Shown: positions 38,378 through 47,426 of the stretch, one piece after another
How the letters are laid out: each line of letters begins with the position of its first letter
Position numbering within the stretch: the first letter of the stretch is position 1
Made by a program: the position numbers and the translations under genes
Notes under the pieces: model-generated
Told to the model about the DNA's origin: nothing
What the model saw: only the letters and a program-made list of their open reading frames with translations
Database searches by the model: none
Virus record (IMG/VR): IMGVR_UViG_3300035704_000001
Span: 32,001-96,000 of that record
DNA from: a virus
Length of the DNA stretch: 64,000 bases
Reading direction: 5' to 3' (one strand)

Positions 38378-39523
38378 ATGGCCGACCTGCTCACCCTGAC
38401 GGAGGCGCGCGAGGCCTTCGCCGCTACCGAGCCGCTGGCTTCGGCCGCGTTCGCGGTCGATCCGGAGATGACCGACGCCCAGCGCCCGTACGTCACGTTC
38501 GACGAGAAGTGGCGCCTGCATGGCGAGGACGTGGCCGCGACCGTGCCGGTAGAGGCCTGGCTGACCGTGCCCGAGATGGACGGCCAGCGGTTCCAGTTCA
38601 CGTACCAGGCCGCCCGCCAGCTGGGCAGCACCGCCCGCCAGCCGCAGGATCTCCAGGTCTCGCACCCTGCCGAGCTGCACGAGAGGATCGTCAACTGGTG
38701 GCTGTCCCGCGGGCTCGGGGTGCGCAAGATCAAGCTGCTGCTGTCCCCGCACCAGGGTGAGGGCCCGGACGGGGAGCGGGTGCCGCTCGTGGTCGCGCAG
38801 ACCCGGGACACGGTGACTCCGTTCAGCAACATGGCCCTGCTGGACGAGGTGCTGAAGGTGCTCACCTTCAAGTACGGCAGGGAGGCTGCCCAGCGGGCCA
38901 TGGTGCACTTCGCCATGAGCCATGACCTGGAGCACACCGACTGCACCGTGGTGGTCCCGCAGGCCGGCAAGGACATCGCCGGGCAGACCTGGGTACCGGG
39001 CACGTCGTTCACCAACTCGTGCATCGGGCTCAAGCAGACCACCGTGACCGGCGTCCTGATGAAGGCCGACGTGGCCGGGGTCGCGCTCGACGGGGCGCAC
39101 AGCGCCGGCGGCTTCAAGCGGAAGAACTCCAATCCCGAGGATGCGTACGAGTGGGCCGCGGAGTCCACGGACGAGGTGCTGGGCGCGCTGGAGATCGCCT
39201 GGGACAACGTGGCCCGGCTGCAGCACATGCCGGTCGGCATCCAGCCGGGCACGTTCGTGGAGTCGCTGTGCAGCGAGTTCAAGGTGCCCAAGTCGTCGAT
39301 GCAGCGGCTCACCGCGGTGCTGGAGGAATGGCCGGCCGAGCTGACCATGGCCTCCCTGGTCGAGATCACGGCGCGCTGCGCCAACATGGAGGACCTGCCG
39401 TGGCGGACGGTCGGCCAGCTGCAGGAGATGGCCGGCCACATCATCCACTCCGAGGGCGGCCGGTGCTCCAAGGACAACCCGTGCTACCGCGCCTACCCGC
39501 AGGGCTTCGAACCTCTCTCTTGA
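38378..39523 (+). CDS. conserved phage protein, DUF932-like
   Basis: size and GTSFTNSCIG segment resemble DUF932-type proteins; tentative. Confidence 0.55.
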   Translation: MADLLTLTEAREAFAATEPLASAAFAVDPEMTDAQRPYVTFDEKWRLHGEDVAATVPVEAWLTVPEMDGQRFQFTYQAARQLGSTARQPQDLQVSHPAELHERIVNWWLSRGLGVRKIKLLLSPHQGEGPDGERVPLVVAQTRDTVTPFSNMALLDEVLKVLTFKYGREAAQRAMVHFAMSHDLEHTDCTVVVPQAGKDIAGQTWVPGTSFTNSCIGLKQTTVTGVLMKADVAGVALDGAHSAGGFKRKNSNPEDAYEWAAESTDEVLGALEIAWDNVARLQHMPVGIQPGTFVESLCSEFKVPKSSMQRLTAVLEEWPAELTMASLVEITARCANMEDLPWRTVGQLQEMAGHIIHSEGGRCSKDNPCYRAYPQGFEPLS

Positions 39524-39524
39524 C

Positions 39525-39552
39525 TTGACTCTAGTCAGGTAAAGAGTATCCT
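39525..39552 (+). promoter_or_regulatory. promoter with operator
   Basis: TTGACT-16nt-TATCCT; TTGAC-tcta-GTCAGGT. Confidence 0.7.
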
Positions 39553-39614
39553 GGTGACAAGGGCGGGCCGTGGCGTTATCGCAGGCGGCCCGCTCATCCA
39601 GAGGGAGATGGCTG

Positions 39615-39917
39615 ATGGCATCACGGTTCGATCTCAGCCTCCAGGTCAAGCAGTTCGTGGCCGAGCTGAACGGGGCCTTCGGCTCCCGCTGGCGGGTGTT
39701 CCGCACCGGTACCGCGGCCTACCTGTTCGTGCTCGTGCAGAACCCGGACATCTACCGGGTGGCGCACCCGCGCGAGCTGCAGCCGCAGGTGCGCAGCGCG
39801 CTGGCGCACGGCTGGGGACATGCAGACAATCGCTGCTCGAATTGCGGTCAGCTGGTGCGTGATCACTGCACGATCCACCTCATCCCGTGCTGCCCGGGCC
39901 GGTGCCCTGATGCCTAG
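39615..39917 (+). CDS. hypothetical protein with Cys-rich C-terminus
   Basis: GGGAG RBS. Confidence 0.6.
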   Translation: MASRFDLSLQVKQFVAELNGAFGSRWRVFRTGTAAYLFVLVQNPDIYRVAHPRELQPQVRSALAHGWGHADNRCSNCGQLVRDHCTIHLIPCCPGRCPDA

Positions 39918-40089
39918 GGCGCTGACCGCCGTCTACACCTGCGAGGGCTGCGCCGAGGAGGTCGAGGGTACCTGGCCGGCCCCGGAGGACCAGGACGACG
40001 ACGTGTCCGAGACTGTCCAGGAATGTCCATGCGGGCATCCCCAGGTCGTGGCCTATCCTGGCTACTCGTTCCGGACGGAGGCAGGATGA
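39910..40089 (+). CDS. small Zn-ribbon protein
   Basis: CEGC...CPCGH. Confidence 0.55.
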   Translation: MPRALTAVYTCEGCAEEVEGTWPAPEDQDDDVSETVQECPCGHPQVVAYPGYSFRTEAG

Positions 40090-40310
40090 ACGGATTGTTC
40101 TGGGCCTTGCTGGCCGTCTGGTCGTGGCTGACTGTCTTCCTCGTGCTCAACGTGTGGTTCCCCCGTCCGGTGAAGCTGTGGGAGCGGGGCCGGTGGGCCC
40201 TGATCTTCGAGCCCTGTGACTGCTGGGTGGGCGGCTACTACGACCGCGAGGACCGGCGGGTGTACCTGATCGCGGTGCCGACGCTGGCGCTGCGCTACTC
40301 CCGGCCGTAG
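40086..40310 (+). CDS. small membrane protein
   Basis: GGAGG RBS; N-terminal TM segment. Confidence 0.55.
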   Translation: MNGLFWALLAVWSWLTVFLVLNVWFPRPVKLWERGRWALIFEPCDCWVGGYYDREDRRVYLIAVPTLALRYSRP

Positions 40311-40318
40311 TAACGGGC

Positions 40319-41272
40319 ATGACGCTCACGCGCATCGACATCGCCGACTTCCAGAGCCTGCAGCGGGCCACCATCCCGGTGGGGAGGCTGACCACCGTCA
40401 CCGGACCGACCGGCGCGGGCAAGTCCTCGGTCCGCCGGGCCGCCCTGCTGGCCGCCCAGAACGCCCGGGGCGTGGACTTCATCCGCCGCGGCGCCGCCCG
40501 GGCCGCCGTGGTGCTGTCCTTCGACAGCCCCGAGGGCCCGTTCACCGTGGCCATCCGCCGCACCGCCGCCGGACGCGGGGACCTGTACCGGGTCACCCGG
40601 GCCGACGGCACGTCAAAGGAGTACACCAAGCTGGGGGGCGGGGTGCCGGATGCGGTGGCGGACCTGCTGCGGCTGGGCCCGCTCAACTTCGTCGGCCAGC
40701 TCGACCCGCCGTACCTGCTGAGCGCTACCGGCACCGACGTGGCCCGGACGCTGGGCGAGCTGACTAACGTCTCGCTGGTGTTCCGCGCGGCCGCCGAGGC
40801 CGGCCGGCGCCGCAAGGGCTTCGACCGGGACGCCAAGTCCGCGGATACCCGGCTGGAGGCGCTGCGGGCAGAGGAGGAGGGCTTCGCCGGCCTGCCGGCC
40901 CAGCTCGACGCGATCCGGCAGGCCGCCGACGGCGTGGGCCACATGACCCGGATGGAGGGGGACCTGCTGCGGCTGGGCGGGCTGATCTGCCGGATGGACG
41001 AGCTGGCCGGCAAGCTGGCCGCTGCCAGGGCCGCTGCCGCCAGGGCCGCTCCGCCGGACCTGGGACGGCTGGAGCGCGGCCTGGCCACGTACCAGCGGCT
41101 GCAGGGGCTGATCGGCCGCCAGGAAGCGGCTGAGGCCGAGCTGGCCCGGTGCCAGGCCCGCGCAGCCGACGCCCTGTGCCGTGAGAAGCAGGCGCACACG
41201 GCGTTCCGTACCGAGCTGGAGGCGGCCGGGACGTGCCCGTTGTGCGAACAGGGCATCCCCGCGGCCGGCTAG
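40319..41272 (+). CDS. SbcC/Rad50 N-terminal half (Walker A, coiled coil, Zn hook)
   Basis: IADFQS, GPTGAGKS, Q-loop GQLD, ends CPLCEQ; no Walker B. Confidence 0.85.
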   Translation: MTLTRIDIADFQSLQRATIPVGRLTTVTGPTGAGKSSVRRAALLAAQNARGVDFIRRGAARAAVVLSFDSPEGPFTVAIRRTAAGRGDLYRVTRADGTSKEYTKLGGGVPDAVADLLRLGPLNFVGQLDPPYLLSATGTDVARTLGELTNVSLVFRAAAEAGRRRKGFDRDAKSADTRLEALRAEEEGFAGLPAQLDAIRQAADGVGHMTRMEGDLLRLGGLICRMDELAGKLAAARAAAARAAPPDLGRLERGLATYQRLQGLIGRQEAAEAELARCQARAADALCREKQAHTAFRTELEAAGTCPLCEQGIPAAG

Positions 41273-41287
41273 GCGATAGCATGGGGC

Positions 41288-42334
41288 GTGGGATACGCAA
41301 CCGGCGAAGACCGGTCTGACTTCCAGGCTGGGGGCCAGCCCTGGGGGGCCAACGACTTCGGCTTTACCAAGTTCACCGAGAGTGACAACTGGAAGGCCAG
41401 GACCGCGAAGGGCAACTGGTCGGCCATGCGGGCCGCGGGCATCCACCGCGGTGCCTATCACTTCTTCCACCCGGCTGTCTCGGCCGTGGCGCAGGCCAAC
41501 TTCTTCATCAGCGCGGTGCGGGCCGCCGGGGGCTGGGAGGACGGCGACATGTTCGCCGGGGACTTCGAGATCGCCCTGGGCGAAGGCGGCGCGGAAGTGG
41601 CCGGGGAGCCCGCGCTGCGCCGGATGCACGCTCCGCTGCTGGCGCTGTCGGCACACCGGATGGGCACCACGGTGGGCTCGGGCGCGCTGCAGTTCCTCAA
41701 CCGGGTGGCCGAGCTGGTCGGCCCGGCCTGCCCGGTGGTGGCGTACACCTACAGCGCGTTCCGGTCGAACGTGGCCAGCTGTGTCAGGTACCCGCTGTGG
41801 ATCGCCTCGTACTCGATGTCCCCGCCGGCCTCGGTCAGCCCGTGGCGCGACTGGACGATGTGGCAGAACTCTGACCACGGAGGCCAGGGCGGCGGGGACA
41901 CCAACCGGTTCAACGGCAACGCGGGGGCGCTGCAGAGCTGGCTGGACTCGCTTGCTCCCGCCCCCGCCAGCTGGACGGAGACCACCTTGAGCGAGCTGCC
42001 CACCCTGACCCAGGGCATGAAGGACCAGCCCGGGGCCAATACGGCCGTCGGCAAGATGCAGGCCCTGGTCGCGCACGTCGGCCGGAAGAACAACCTGGCC
42101 AAGTCGAAGGTGCTCGCCGACGACGGCGTTTTCGGCGCGACCACCAAGGCCGCGGTCACCGAGATCCAGGCGTTCTTCAAGATCACCGGCGGCAACGGCG
42201 AGTGCGGAAAGCGCACCTGGGAAGCCCTGCTGCTGGGTCACGTCTCGTTATGTCGGTGCCTCGTGCGTAGATACAGGTGTGGCAACTTATGGGCTTCTCT
42301 CCGACATTCACCTGACCCGGCGGGCTCCGGTTAA
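41288..42334 (+). CDS. endolysin: GH25 lysozyme plus peptidoglycan-binding domain (domain ends at TTA 42248)
   Basis: DRSDFQ, KFTE, GAYHFF, DFE, LWIASY, MWQ, DTN; DGVFGATTKAAV...TWEAL. Confidence 0.88.
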   Translation: MGYATGEDRSDFQAGGQPWGANDFGFTKFTESDNWKARTAKGNWSAMRAAGIHRGAYHFFHPAVSAVAQANFFISAVRAAGGWEDGDMFAGDFEIALGEGGAEVAGEPALRRMHAPLLALSAHRMGTTVGSGALQFLNRVAELVGPACPVVAYTYSAFRSNVASCVRYPLWIASYSMSPPASVSPWRDWTMWQNSDHGGQGGGDTNRFNGNAGALQSWLDSLAPAPASWTETTLSELPTLTQGMKDQPGANTAVGKMQALVAHVGRKNNLAKSKVLADDGVFGATTKAAVTEIQAFFKITGGNGECGKRTWEALLLGHVSLCRCLVRRYRCGNLWASLRHSPDPAGSG

Positions 42335-43277
42335 CTGCACCGAGTCCTACCTGGAGGACCTGTTCGACCTCCTCCGGCAGGCGTTCGCGGTGTTCGCGCG
42401 GCGCAAGGTGGCCGCCGCTCTCGTCGCCGGCGACCTGTTCCACCACAAGGCGCCGACCCGGACCGATCACGAGATCGTCGGCACGCTGGCCGAGATGTTC
42501 CAGTCCCTGGACTACCCGGTGTGGATCGTCCCGGGCAATCACGACATGCAGAACGACCGGATCGAGTCGGTGGGCAAGACCCAGCCGCTGGGGGTGCTCT
42601 ACAAGGACCGCAGCGCGTACTGCCTGGACGGCTGGATGGGCGGGGAGCACCCGGTGTTCGGGGTGCCGTGGCAGCAGCACTGGTCCGAGGAGCGGATCGC
42701 GGAGTGCCTGCGCCCCTGGCGCGAGTACACGCCGTTCGAGGCGACGAGCGAGAGCTACCTGATCGTCACCCACGCGCCGATCTACCCGCCGTCCTGTGAG
42801 CCCCGCTACGAGGGCGCGGAACTGACCCCAGCCGACTGGTGGGCCGAAGCCGCGGGAGGCAGCCCCGGCGCGCACAGCGTGTTCTATGGCCATATCCACG
42901 AGCGCCACGGAACCTGGGAGCGCGGCGGGGTCACCTTCTGCAACAACGGGGCCCTGTCGCGCGGCTCGATCGGCGAGGACAACCTGACCCGGGCCATCGG
43001 GGCGACGCTGTGGACCCCGGGCGAGGGCTTCGAGTTCGTGCCGCTGGACGCCAAGCCGGCCGCGGAGGTGTTCCGGCTGCGCGAGCACGGGCAGGCGGTC
43101 ACCTCGCAGATGAGCCTGGACACGTTCATGGCCGGGCTCGGGTCTACCGTGCTGCCGCGGCTGGAGCCGGAGTCGGTGCTGGCCCGGTTCCGCGAGGACG
43201 ATGCCGGCGCGGACGAGATCGCCCTGGCCGAGGAGCTGCTGGACTGGGCCGGCGCCGAGGGGAAGGTAAAGCGATGA
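42279..43277 (+). CDS. SbcD/Mre11-like metallophosphoesterase nuclease
   Basis: SDIHL, AGDLFH, PGNHD, THAP, GHIH, GALSR. Confidence 0.9.
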   Translation: MATYGLLSDIHLTRRAPVNCTESYLEDLFDLLRQAFAVFARRKVAAALVAGDLFHHKAPTRTDHEIVGTLAEMFQSLDYPVWIVPGNHDMQNDRIESVGKTQPLGVLYKDRSAYCLDGWMGGEHPVFGVPWQQHWSEERIAECLRPWREYTPFEATSESYLIVTHAPIYPPSCEPRYEGAELTPADWWAEAAGGSPGAHSVFYGHIHERHGTWERGGVTFCNNGALSRGSIGEDNLTRAIGATLWTPGEGFEFVPLDAKPAAEVFRLREHGQAVTSQMSLDTFMAGLGSTVLPRLEPESVLARFREDDAGADEIALAEELLDWAGAEGKVKR

Positions 43278-43438
43278 GCAGCCAGGATGGCTGGAGGGAC
43301 CGGTTCGCGCCGGACTACGACAAGTGCGCCTCACCGCGCTGCCAGGTGCCCGGGGGGATCATCGAGCCCGCCGACACGGTGCTCTACGACGGCGCCGGGC
43401 TGCAGGTGCACGAGGATTGCGAGGTGCCCGGTGCGTAG
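43274..43438 (+). CDS. small hypothetical protein
   Basis: ATGA coupling; C..C...HEDC. Confidence 0.5.
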   Translation: MSSQDGWRDRFAPDYDKCASPRCQVPGGIIEPADTVLYDGAGLQVHEDCEVPGA

Positions 43439-43661
43439 TCTCCGGCTGACCTATACCGTCGAGGCCTCGTACGACGATGAGCCGCCTGAGATCAAGGTGT
43501 TCCGGTTCCCGTCAAAACCCTGGTGGGGCTGCGTCGTCATGCTCTACCTCGGGCGCCTGGCCGCCATTGCCGGCCCGGCGAGACTGAAGGGCGGGACCAT
43601 CGTGACGCGCCTGGCGGATGGCTCGGTCGAGTACCTGGAGCGGAGGAAGCCCGATGCCTGA
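43431..43661 (+). CDS. hypothetical protein
   Basis: GAGG RBS, overlap chain. Confidence 0.5.
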   Translation: MRSLRLTYTVEASYDDEPPEIKVFRFPSKPWWGCVVMLYLGRLAAIAGPARLKGGTIVTRLADGSVEYLERRKPDA

Positions 43662-44526
43662 CACCGGCTACAAGCCCATCCGGCTGTCCTGGTCCCGGCT
43701 GCGGGTGCACGACGAGTGCCCGGCCAAGGGCGACCTGATCTCGAAGCGGCAGAAGGGCGCGCTCACCGACACCCGCAACTTCCTGCACGGCAATGTCTGC
43801 GACCTCGCCATGCGGCGGTTCCTGAGCCTGGAGGCGCCCGCGGATGAGCTGGGCTGGATGGCCCGCCAGGTAGACGAACTCTTCGACGAGTGGATAGAGA
43901 TTGCGAAGAGTTCCGGGGACGGGATCATCAAGTGGCGCCACGCTGCCGACCAGGCCGAGGTGCGCGAATTCTGCCGGGAGGCGGTGACCCGGCTCGAAGA
44001 GCTGCTGGTCAGGTTCGTGCTGCCGTTCGACTGGTATCCGGCGTGGCGCTTCAACGTCCCGGTGAAGATCCATTACGGCCACGAGATCCGCGAGATTACG
44101 CTGACTGGCGAGGCCGACCTGCTGGTGTTCGACAAGCACGGCCGGATCTTCATCTGGGACCTCAAGGCGACCAAGGACGACAGCTACTGGCGCAAGACGC
44201 TGGCGCAGCTGGCGTTCTACGCGCTCGCGGTGAAGTGCGAGCGGGAGGAGGCCCTGCCGGAGGAGGAGAAGAAGCTGGGCCGGTGGCCGTACCGGGCCGG
44301 CCTGCTCCAGCCGATGTGCACCGAGCGGTTCCTGACGTTCGACGTCATGGCCGACGGCGGCCAGGCCATCCGCGAGATGACGAGCCGGATCGAGCGCGTG
44401 TCCGCGGACATCTGGGCAGGGCGCCTGGACCCTAAGCCGCAGGAGTGGTGCAACCGGTGCGAGGTGCGCCACGCCTGCCCGCTGTTCGCGCCGGGTTCCG
44501 GCCGCAAGGTGAAGATGGCGGCGTAG
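43654..44526 (+). CDS. PD-(D/E)XK RecB/Cas4-like exonuclease with Fe-S cysteines
   Basis: LSWSRL..HDECP; GEAD...IWDLKAT; QLAFY; CNRCEVRHACP. Confidence 0.85.
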   Translation: MPDTGYKPIRLSWSRLRVHDECPAKGDLISKRQKGALTDTRNFLHGNVCDLAMRRFLSLEAPADELGWMARQVDELFDEWIEIAKSSGDGIIKWRHAADQAEVREFCREAVTRLEELLVRFVLPFDWYPAWRFNVPVKIHYGHEIREITLTGEADLLVFDKHGRIFIWDLKATKDDSYWRKTLAQLAFYALAVKCEREEALPEEEKKLGRWPYRAGLLQPMCTERFLTFDVMADGGQAIREMTSRIERVSADIWAGRLDPKPQEWCNRCEVRHACPLFAPGSGRKVKMAA

Positions 44527-44534
44527 TACAGGGC

Positions 44535-44660
44535 ATGAGCGCATCCGCAATCACCGAGTTCCAGGGCGAGTGGCGCCGGCTATCCAACTTCTGCAACAAC
44601 GGCCTGAACTACCTCGGGCGCATCCTGACGATGGTCCGTGACATCGTGCGGGAGGACTAG
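44535..44660 (+). pseudogene. internally deleted NADAR (YbiA-like) remnant
   Basis: 41 aa joining ITEFQGEWRRLSNF (N-terminal motif) to GLNYLGRILTMVR (C-terminal motif). Confidence 0.7.
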
Positions 44661-44914
44661 TGGCGGACATCGCAGGCCAGGTAGGCCAGCTCAAGACCCT
44701 GGCGGACAGGGCCACCGAGGCGCGGCACCGCGCCGACGCCGCGGTGGAAGCCGTCTCGGCCCGGCTGGAGGAAACGCAGCAGGAGCTGCGGACCGAATTC
44801 GACGTGGAGAACCTGGCGGAGGCCAGGGCAAAGGAGAAGCGGATGGAGACGGCGCTGGAGGCCGAGGCAGCCCGGGTAAGCGGGCTGCTGCAGCAGGCCG
44901 GAGGACGCGCGTGA
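44660..44914 (+). CDS. short coiled-coil protein, possible SbcC middle segment
   Basis: pure heptad pattern. Confidence 0.65.
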   Translation: MADIAGQVGQLKTLADRATEARHRADAAVEAVSARLEETQQELRTEFDVENLAEARAKEKRMETALEAEAARVSGLLQQAGGRA

Positions 44915-46062
44915 GCGGCCTGACGGTGGACTACGGCAAGCACGAGTTCACGGTCAGGAGGGTCATCCTGGCCCAGCTGGCCGCGCAGGCCGCGGTGGCG
45001 GTGCCGAGCCGCGAATCGCTCGCGGTGCACGGCAGCTTCCGGGTCACCGTGGCCCCCGGCCGGCTGGAGCTGGCCGCCACTGACAGCCAGCTGACCGTGC
45101 TGGCCGCCACCAAGTCGGTGGACACGCACGACACCGCGGTGCTGTTCCTGCCGGCCAAGCGGCTCAAGGACATCATTGACGCGGCCCCCGACGGCGACGT
45201 CACCATCTCGGTATCCGGCAACATGGCCCGGGTCAAGGCCGGCGGCCCGTCCTGGGACATGAAGCTGCCCAACCCCAAGGGCTATTCCGTGCTGATCGAC
45301 CCGGCTAAGGTCACCTTCGCCGCGGTGCCGCGCGAGTCGTTCCTGGCGGCCCTGCACACCATCCGGCACGCGGTCTGCAAGGACGTCTCGCGACCGCACT
45401 ACGCGCAGGTCCAGCTGGCCAAGGACGGCGAGCACGTCTGGGCGACGGCGTTCGACGGCCCGCAGATGTGCCGGGCCAGGGTGCCCGGCTTCCCGTTCGA
45501 GACGCTGATGCCGGCTGCCATGCTGCCCGAGCTGATCAAGCTGGCCGGGCGCAGCCAGGCCGACGACATCGAGGTAGGCGAGCTGGAGGGCACCGTGGTG
45601 GTCCGCTCCGGGCATACCGTGCTGGCCTGCACGCCGATGGGCGCGGAGTTCCCCAACGTGGCCCAGCTGATGCTCGGCCCGACCTCCGGCTACGACCTGG
45701 AGCTGGCGGTGGACGGCGCCGAGCTGGCCCAGGCCATCAACCGGGTCTCGGTCAACGCCCACCCCACCACCTCGGCCATGGCGCTGACGGCGGACGGCAG
45801 GCAGCTGACCGTGCAGGCCCAGGACGACGACGACAACAGGGCCGAGGAGATCATCAGCTGCACCTGGGCCGGGGACAGCCGCACCGTCGTGATCAACCAC
45901 AAGCACCTCGCCGCGATGCTGGCCGTGCACCCGCCGGGCACCTGCACGTTCCGGCTCGGGCTCGACGTGGGCCGGCGCCGGTCCATGGTCCGGCTGGAGG
46001 ACGAGGACGGCGCCATGATCGCGGTCATCCCGCAGATGAACCCCAGTGCGGCGGGCCGCTGA
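44911..46062 (+). CDS. dnaN: DNA Pol III beta sliding clamp
   Basis: 383 aa; LELAATD, AVCKDVSRP, ATAFDGPQM, EFPN, three-domain spacing. Confidence 0.85.
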   Translation: MSGLTVDYGKHEFTVRRVILAQLAAQAAVAVPSRESLAVHGSFRVTVAPGRLELAATDSQLTVLAATKSVDTHDTAVLFLPAKRLKDIIDAAPDGDVTISVSGNMARVKAGGPSWDMKLPNPKGYSVLIDPAKVTFAAVPRESFLAALHTIRHAVCKDVSRPHYAQVQLAKDGEHVWATAFDGPQMCRARVPGFPFETLMPAAMLPELIKLAGRSQADDIEVGELEGTVVVRSGHTVLACTPMGAEFPNVAQLMLGPTSGYDLELAVDGAELAQAINRVSVNAHPTTSAMALTADGRQLTVQAQDDDDNRAEEIISCTWAGDSRTVVINHKHLAAMLAVHPPGTCTFRLGLDVGRRRSMVRLEDEDGAMIAVIPQMNPSAAGR

Positions 46063-46063
46063 C

Positions 46064-46420
46064 ATGGCTGAGGGCGCCGTCAAGTGGTACGACGACAGCA
46101 AGGGCTTCGGCTTCATCGAGCGCGAGGGCCAGGAGGACATCTGGTTCCACGCCCGGGACCGGTCCGGCAGCGTGGACGAGGCCCAGTTCCTGCCCGGTGC
46201 CCGCGTCGTGTTCACCGAGGAACTGGTCCGGGGCCGGGCCAAGGCGAACATCACCGCCGTCCTGGGCGGGTCCCGGGGCGAGCCCGAGCCGGAGCCGGAG
46301 TCCGAGCCCGCCCAGGAGTACACCGTGGATGAGGTCATCAAGGGGCTGGAGGGCGTTTTCCTGGCCGGCCTGGAGTGGCTGGACATCCTGAAGCAAGTGG
46401 CCAAGAACGGGCAGGCGTAG
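46064..46420 (+). CDS. cold-shock domain protein
   Basis: GAVKWYDDSKGFGFI...DIWFH. Confidence 0.88.
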   Translation: MAEGAVKWYDDSKGFGFIEREGQEDIWFHARDRSGSVDEAQFLPGARVVFTEELVRGRAKANITAVLGGSRGEPEPEPESEPAQEYTVDEVIKGLEGVFLAGLEWLDILKQVAKNGQA

Positions 46421-46428
46421 TAACGGGC

Positions 46429-47019
46429 ATGAGCACAGACACCGCATCCAAGTCCCTGGCCCAGATGCAGGCCGAGGTCGTCGAGTACAACCACGCGATG
46501 GGCTGGCGCGAGAACGACGTCACGTTCGGCGAGGCCATGGCCCTGCTGCACACCGAGGTGGCCGAGGCCTCCGATGCCTGGCGCCGGTGGGGTACCGACG
46601 ACGCCACTCAGGACACCCTGTATACGGCCGGACTGGGTACCCGGATACCGAATCCCAAGCCCGAGGGTGTCGGGTCGGAGTTCGCCGACGTCTTCATCCG
46701 GCTGCTCGACGACTGCGACCTGTACGAGGTCGATCTCCAGGCTGCTGTGGACCGGCATACTGGTCTCTTCGGCGTCAACGAGTCGTTCCTGGAGAACACC
46801 AACCACCTGCACACGATGATCGCCAGGGCGTCTATGGTGTTCGAGCTGGCGTGGGATGAGCCTGACCCGGCGTATGCCCTGGCGAGGGAGTTCGCCGGCA
46901 TCCTGGTGTTCCTCCGCCAGCTGTGCGAGCGCTACGGCATCGACCTGATGGCCGAGTACGAGCGCAAGATGGCCTACAACCGCACCCGGCCTTACAGGCA
47001 CGGCGGGAAGCGGCAGTGA
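46429..47019 (+). CDS. MazG-like NTP pyrophosphohydrolase
   Basis: ALLHTEVAEA...SEFADVFIRLLD; KMAYNRTRPYRHGGK. Confidence 0.85.
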   Translation: MSTDTASKSLAQMQAEVVEYNHAMGWRENDVTFGEAMALLHTEVAEASDAWRRWGTDDATQDTLYTAGLGTRIPNPKPEGVGSEFADVFIRLLDDCDLYEVDLQAAVDRHTGLFGVNESFLENTNHLHTMIARASMVFELAWDEPDPAYALAREFAGILVFLRQLCERYGIDLMAEYERKMAYNRTRPYRHGGKRQ

Positions 47020-47426
47020 GCCCGGGGAAGATCTACCTGGCTGCTGCCTACCAGCGCATCGACGAGATGCGCGGCGTTCGCGATGTGCTCGGTGCGCTGG
47101 GATACCAGGTCACCTCGCGCTGGATCGACCAGCGGGGCAAGGGGGAGGGCCTGGGGACGGCCGATCTTGCCGACAACCCGGAGCAGGGCATTCAGTATGC
47201 CGAGCTTGACCTGGAGGACCTGCGCGCAGCCGAGACGGTGATCTCGTTCACCGGAGCCAGCGGGCGCGGCGGGCGTCATGTCGAGTTCGGCGCAGCCCTC
47301 GCTCTGGGCAAGCACCTCATCATCGTCGGGCCGCGCGAACACGTGTTCCATACGCTGCCCGCCATCGAGTGGTATCCGGACTGGCCTCGCCTGGTCATGG
47401 CCCTGTCCCCGGCTGTCCGGGCGTGA
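47016..47426 (+). CDS. nucleoside 2-deoxyribosyltransferase-like protein
   Basis: KIYLAA, VTSRW, DLEDLRAAE, GGRHVEFGAALALGK. Confidence 0.8.
   Translation: MSPGKIYLAAAYQRIDEMRGVRDVLGALGYQVTSRWIDQRGKGEGLGTADLADNPEQGIQYAELDLEDLRAAETVISFTGASGRGGRHVEFGAALALGKHLIIVGPREHVFHTLPAIEWYPDWPRLVMALSPAVRA

Noticed and set aside
43654-44526. Cas4-like nuclease as evidence of a CRISPR-Cas system
   Set aside because: No array or other cas genes; solo Cas4/RecB-like exonucleases are common in phage recombination clusters.
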